DNA of 63,419 bases, counting the filler, from Thraustochytrium aureum (lineage: Eukaryota): the NCBI GenBank assembly GCA_012862495.1. It is 5 parts of 4 records of this genome, joined end to end, with 100 filler letters (N's around TTAATTAATTAA, not from the genome) between each part and the next. Parts side by side here need not be neighbours in the genome. Positions count along the whole stretch, not along the records: positions 43,768 to 59,795 come from BLSG01000197.1; positions 59,896 to 61,962 come from BLSG01000197.1; positions 62,063 to 63,419 come from BLSG01000204.1; 2 more parts are not named here. One strand, 5' to 3'. Each line of letters starts with the position of its first letter. Within the stretch, counting starts at the first letter, position 1. A program made the translations under genes and the position numbers. This document shows, in pieces, positions 58,114-63,419 of this stretch. The notes under the pieces were generated by a model, which worked only from the letters and a program-made list of their open reading frames with translations, did no database searches and had not been told where the DNA came from.

Positions 58114-59258
58114 CTAAAGCCGCGGGACCGCTCCCAGGTCCTTGAGATGGCGAACGCGGCCGAGGACGCTGACCCTGTCAGGGCCCGAAAACGCCTCGAT
58201 GGCCTCGGGCTTGCCGTGCGCCGCGAGCATGGCCCCAGAGCGCTCGGCCACGGCGTCGCAGCGCATGAACGGGTTGACCAGCTTCTCGAGACCTATGGTG
58301 CTCGGCACAGTCGGCAACTTGCCCTCGCGGCGCTGCCGGCACCACGCCAGTTGCTCGTCGACGCGTGCGTTGCCGGGCTCGAGCCAGGCCGCAAACTCCA
58401 AGTTGGACACCGAGTACTCGTGGCCGCAAAACACCAAGCAGCTATCCGCGAGATTCCACAGCCGGTCGTAGAGGGTCAGCTCGAGCTCTGCTGGGCCCAT
58501 CTCGAAAAGGCGGCCGACGCCAGCGTGAAACAAGGCGTCGCCAGAAAACACGGCTGCCTGGTCGACCTGGTCCTGGACAGGGACATGAAAGCAGACGTGG
58601 CCTTGCGTGTGCCCTGGCGTTTCGATCACGTCAACGCGGTACTCGCCGATCTGGAACGAGTCGCCGTGCTGGACCGGCTCGGTGAGTCCGGATACGCCCG
58701 CCCAGCGCTCGTTCTTGGCCCCTATGATCTTGATCCCGGGGAATTTGCTCGCAAGCTCTTCGTTGCCGCCGCAGTGGTCGTGGTGGTAGTGCGCTGCGCG
58801 GAGGGGCCCGAGAGGGGGGGCGTCAGCGCGCCTGCGCGAGCTGGCGACTCTTGCCAACGAGTCGGCGCGAACTTACTCGTGAGGATGCGTGTGAGCCGCA
58901 GGTCGGCTTGCGGATCTCTCGCCCGGCGCCGGTCGATTGCGGCGAGCACCGCGCTAGGGTCGGCTGGGTCCACCGCGGCCACCTCGCCCGTGGCGCCGTC
59001 AACGATCAAGTATGCATAGTTGTCGCCCATCATCGGAACGAGCTGCACTTCCAGCCGCGGCCCGAGCTTGTGCAACGCGGCCGCGCAGTCCGAGTGCGGC
59101 GCCTTTCCCGCAAACCCGCTCAGCATCCTCGAGTGCACCAACTTGCCCACGGGCGTGCAATACACATGATAGAGCGCCCTGTCCATCCCGACCCGCCGGA
59201 GCTGCCAACCAGCAAGGAGCAAGCCTCCGCCGACCGCCGCCGTCCCCCACAGCGCCAT
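58114..59258 (-). CDS. Hydroxyacylglutathione hydrolase (glyoxalase II/PNKD-like metallo-beta-lactamase); intron 58794-58876
   Basis: DNYAYL, spliced LTTHYHHDHCGGN, TPGHT.GH, FSGDALF, CGHEY and PSTIG.EK..NPFMR, with an N-terminal hydrophobic extension. Confidence 0.92.
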
Positions 59259-60093
59259 CGCGACCAGCCGCTCGCGCGCCGACGCCCGCCCTACGCGCGT
59301 CCGCCTGCTCGCTCCCGCCGGCGACGATCGCACCTAGCCAGCCGCTCGCGCACCAACGCGGTCCTGCGCGCGTCTGCAGTCAACCAGAACGATGAAACTC
59401 TGCTCGAGCACCTGCGTCCTGCGCTCGCTCGCGGCGGCGGCGACGACCGCGACCGCCCCGCACGCGCCCGCTCCCGGAAGCAGCGATCGCGATGAAGCAG
59501 CTCTGCCAGGCCAGCAGCACGCGCGCCTCCGCGCCTGCCTTCGCGCGCTCGGAGGCTTGCACGAAGGCAGCATCCTCCTCCTCCTCATCATCGTCGGATT
59601 CCTGCATGCCCGGATGCCAGCATCGACCTCGCAAGACCCGCCCCGCACGCGCCCGCTCCCGGCGCTGCTCGCCGAAGCGGCTCTGCCATGCTTGCACGCA
59701 CTCACGCCCGCCTGTCGCCGCGCACGCACGCACCCACGCACGCGTGAAAGCAGGCGCGAACGCAGGCACGCAGGCAGGCAAGGCACTCATCCACGNNNNN
59801 NNNNNNNNNNNNNNNNNNNNNNNNNNNNNNNNNNNNNNNTTAATTAATTAANNNNNNNNNNNNNNNNNNNNNNNNNNNNNNNNNNNNNNNNNNNNGCCCC
59901 TGCATGCGGAAGAATCGTGGAAAGCTGGTCCGCGATTCCAGTCTTTGTAGATTTGGGGCGCTGTCGCTTCCGGGTTTGACGCTCGGAGCGCCGGCGTCGC
60001 TAGGGTGTCGTTGAAGGATGTAAGCACGCACGCCGGTGAGCAAGCAGGCAAGCAGGCCCGCTCGCTCGCTCACAGACGCGCATGCTTGCGCGT

Positions 60094-61374
60094 TTACTTG
60101 TGCGATGCACGCGCGCGGGGCTTGGCCCGCGCGACCTTGGGAAAGCTCGAGGAAGACGAACTGAGGTGCAAAGAGGCCGAGCTGGAAGACCGGCCTGCGC
60201 CATAGGCGGCGCCGTCGTTCTGCGCGGTGTAAAAGACCTCCTCAGGATGATATGTGATCATATCGTCAAAGATGAGGCGCTGCATGACGTCCTTGGGCAT
60301 CTCACCGCGGTAGCCCTGCTCAAAGTCGAGGTCGAACATGTCGGAGGCCACTGGGACCTCGTTCTCGTCGTGCAAGTCGGCAAGGTACGGGTGTTCGAGC
60401 GCCTCGTCGATGGTGCAGCGGCCGCGGGGGTCGAACACCAGCATCTTGTCGAGCAGATCGAGCGCCAGGGGGCTGCAGCCCGAAAATGCGCTCATGCGCG
60501 CCAAGTTGCGTTTCCGGTGCTTGCCAAAAGACTGGATGGCGCGGCGCGCGCTCGCGTTCGAGATAAAGTCCATCTCGTCTGGCGCAGGCGTTCCGAGCAG
60601 CTCGATGATGACCTGCAGCTGGTGCATGTAGTCCTTGCCCTGGAACAGAGGGCGGCGCGAGAGGATCTCGGCAAAGATGCAGCCTACGCTCCACGTATCA
60701 ACGCCGCTGCCGTAGTACTTTGAGTCTGTAAGGAGCTCGGGGGCACGGTACCACCGGGTTACCACATACTCGGTGAGCGTGTCCTCATACTCGGTGTTTA
60801 CGCCGCGCGCGAGGCCAAAGTCGCAGATGGCCAAGTCGCAGTTCGAGTTTACCAGGAGGTTTGAGGGTTTGAGGTCGCGGTGAAGCACGTTTGCGGAGTG
60901 GATGTATTTCAGGCCGCGCAGGATCTGGTACAGAAAGTACTGGGCGTGCTGGTCGCTCAGCGGCTGGTTGGACGACACGATGCGGTCCAGGTCGCACTCC
61001 ATCAGCTCGGTGACAATGTAGATGTCTTCAAAGTCTAGCGTGTGCGGCGGCATCACGCTGATGTCGACCAGCCCGATCACGTTCTCGTGGTCGCCAAGGT
61101 GTTTGAGGAGCTTGATTTCGCGCAGGATGCGCTTGGCGTCGATCAGGTCCTGGAACGCGTCCGTCACTTTCTTGATGGCGACCTTGGTTCCGGTGAGGAC
61201 GTCGTCTGCGGAGCAAACGAGCCCGTACGAGCCCTGGCCGACTGCGCGCAGGTTTTGGTAGCGTGTCTCGACCTGAAAGATGGTGCCGGAGATCGTGAAC
61301 GTGTGAAACTGGCGCCGCGGGGGCCTCGGGGGCTGCTCGAGCGACATGGCCATATCCATTTCCTCGTGTGACAT
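60094..61374 (-). CDS. Mitogen-activated protein kinase (TEY activation loop)
   Basis: GQGSYG, VAIKK, HRDLKPSNLL, DFGLAR and TEYVVTRWYRAPE. Confidence 0.96.
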   Translation of the reverse strand: MSHEEMDMAMSLEQPPRPPRRQFHTFTISGTIFQVETRYQNLRAVGQGSYGLVCSADDVLTGTKVAIKKVTDAFQDLIDAKRILREIKLLKHLGDHENVIGLVDISVMPPHTLDFEDIYIVTELMECDLDRIVSSNQPLSDQHAQYFLYQILRGLKYIHSANVLHRDLKPSNLLVNSNCDLAICDFGLARGVNTEYEDTLTEYVVTRWYRAPELLTDSKYYGSGVDTWSVGCIFAEILSRRPLFQGKDYMHQLQVIIELLGTPAPDEMDFISNASARRAIQSFGKHRKRNLARMSAFSGCSPLALDLLDKMLVFDPRGRCTIDEALEHPYLADLHDENEVPVASDMFDLDFEQGYRGEMPKDVMQRLIFDDMITYHPEEVFYTAQNDGAAYGAGRSSSSASLHLSSSSSSFPKVARAKPRARASHK

Positions 61375-62558
61375 TTTGGTCTCGAGTTCTCTTGCTCGCA
61401 CTCCAGCTGTGGCCGTTCAGGCTGTGTCTTCTGCCCGGTTCACGTTCTCCTCGCTCGCTCGCTCGGCTTTGGCTTTGGCGCTGACCTGGACTGGCAGGTC
61501 TTTCTCGCGCGCTTCACGGCTCTGTTCTCCAACGTCGCGCCGGCGTCAAACGCCAAGGTGCAGCAGCGGGGCCTTTTTCGTAGTCTGGGGGGTCAATCGC
61601 AGCCTCCGTTCTCACGTTGGTGGGGGTCTGGAGCCAGCCCAGCCGCCGTCCGACTTGCGCAGACTCGACCGCGGCGCGCAGCCCGTCGACGCGGCGTTTG
61701 CCTTGGCGCCTCCAGCCCGTTGCCAGCCCAACAGCCCGGCTCGCCCGCACTCGTTGCTGGCCGCTCTGCGCGCTGTTTGCAGCATTGCCGTTCGTGCAGA
61801 GCAAGGCAGAGCAGTGCGTTGAGTCGGCAAGCAGAACAGGTGTAGTGGACGCGTCTGCTGAGAGGGAGAGAGAAGACCGGCGGCAGGCCAGAGCCTGAGC
61901 ACTCACTCTTCTGCAGAGCGAGCAGAGTGAGCAGACCATGAGAGCGAGCAGAGCGCTCTGCTNNNNNNNNNNNNNNNNNNNNNNNNNNNNNNNNNNNNNN
62001 NNNNNNTTAATTAATTAANNNNNNNNNNNNNNNNNNNNNNNNNNNNNNNNNNNNNNNNNNNNCCCAGCTCACGTTCGCGCACTGCGGGATGCCATCGTGC
62101 GTCCATCGCGATTCTGCATTCCGCCTTCCTGTTCCTCGTGGAAACTTCGAGAAAGACAATTTAGCGCCGCACTCGCAACGCTATGAATCATAAACCACGT
62201 TACTTCATGGATGATTGGTCCGTGGAGCGGCGCTCTGGCGGGGAAAGCGGCACAGCGGATTCTAGCTTATGCCAAGAAGATGCGAAGTGGAAGCAGCGAC
62301 GCGGGTGAGCTCACCGGAACCCATTTCAATGGGACAGAGTAGTATTTATTTTTGTTGGTATTTTTTCATAGTGTTTAGCCTTTTGGCCCGAAACGGACAA
62401 GCCGTGTTTCTTGATTGGCTGGCTTCGCAGATGCCGATCGATTGGCCTCAGCGACGTGCGCCGGAGCTGCTGCAGGGCGCGGCCTACGCTGTTCTGCTCT
62501 TGCGCGGGTGCTGCGGCGACGTCCTTCGTGGTGCTTCCGCCCGGCACCTGGTGGCATC

Positions 62559-63209
62559 ATGGCCAAGAAAAAGAAGGCCGGCAAGGAGGCCGACAAGGCC
62601 GGAGCCGCAGCCGCGGCCGAGGCGAAAGTGGCCGAGGAGGAGGCCGCGCCGGCCGAGCCGCCACAGGAGAGCATTCAGGTCCGGCGGATGCGCAACAATA
62701 TCAGGAACGCGTTTCTGCTGTTTGATAAGGAGGGCGAGGACCGCGTCATCCGCGAGGAGGTGGGCACGATCATTAGGTATCTCGGCCAGCACCCCAGCGA
62801 GCAGGCGCTGGTGGAGGAGATCCTGCCGGCGCTCGACAGCGACGAGCCAGACGCGTACGTGACGCTGGCCAAGTTTGAGCCGCGCATGCTGCAGATGCTC
62901 CAAGCGAACGAGTTTCCGCCCGAGGGGCAAGACGTCATCGTGTCCGCGTTCCGGGCGCTCGACGAGGACAGCAAGGGCTATGTGGAGGCAGACTACCTGA
63001 AGGAGCTGCTGACGCAGATGGGCACGCCGTTTCGGGGCACCGAGCTGGACTCGTTCCTCAACGTGGCCAAGGACATCACAACGGGGCGCATCTACTACGA
63101 GGACTACGCCTCGCTTTATGCCAATCAGGTGGACGCCAACGCAGAGTACTGGAGAAACGCCAAGCTGCACGCCGAGTCTGTGCTCGAGTCCAAGCTCGGC
63201 GGCCAGTAA
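62559..63209 (+). CDS. EFCAB2: EF-hand protein, dynein regulatory complex subunit 8-like
   Basis: AFLLFDKE...REEVGTIIRYLG..PSE, AFRALD..SKGY, GTPF..ELDSFL..AKD..TGRIYYEDY. Confidence 0.8.
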   Translation: MAKKKKAGKEADKAGAAAAAEAKVAEEEAAPAEPPQESIQVRRMRNNIRNAFLLFDKEGEDRVIREEVGTIIRYLGQHPSEQALVEEILPALDSDEPDAYVTLAKFEPRMLQMLQANEFPPEGQDVIVSAFRALDEDSKGYVEADYLKELLTQMGTPFRGTELDSFLNVAKDITTGRIYYEDYASLYANQVDANAEYWRNAKLHAESVLESKLGGQ

Positions 63210-63419
63210 CCAGCCACTGTAGAAAGCCTCTTCTTGTTCTTGTGCATTTGGTGCACCCGTCTTCATCTTGGTGCTGATGGCGAGCAGGGCCTCGCGTGCC
63301 AGACCAACCCAAGCCATGGCGGATCAGCGCAGGAGCCGGGCGGCGCGCCCCTTGCCGGCCAGCAGCAAGTGCTCTAGCAGAGCAAGCACAAAGCCTGAAG
63401 ATGGCGAAGAGCCTGCCGG

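Noticed and set aside
59334..59790. Small gene upstream of glyoxalase II
   Set aside because: Low-complexity sequence with no family signal.

Overview
A GC-rich, gene-dense eukaryotic draft-assembly window with about 25 protein-coding genes and short GT-AG introns (70-206 nt). The source is probably a flagellated protist. A stramenopile, possibly a thraustochytrid, is my inference from gene content. The window has many N gaps, four artificial TTAATTAATTAA linkers, and frequent single-base frameshifts, often at short homopolymers, that look like sequencing error. Housekeeping genes include a SEC14-GOLD protein, NF-YC, a class I HDAC, a P4-ATPase, NAGLU, DHX16, TMEM208, LCMT1, CNOT2, glyoxalase II and a TEY MAPK; BBS5 and DRC8 are ciliary. 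Several genes look bacterial-type: alkB, a DUF5692-like protein, and a mosaic G8/jelly-roll/CDGIDN secreted protein. The best finding is an ADP-ribosylglycohydrolase-family gene (38237-39489) with an in-frame TGA at 39274-39276 near a Cys position I recall as conserved in the family. About 30 nt after its TAG stop is a well-formed type II SECIS-like hairpin, so it is a probable unannotated selenoprotein. Family assignments come from motif recognition, not database searches.
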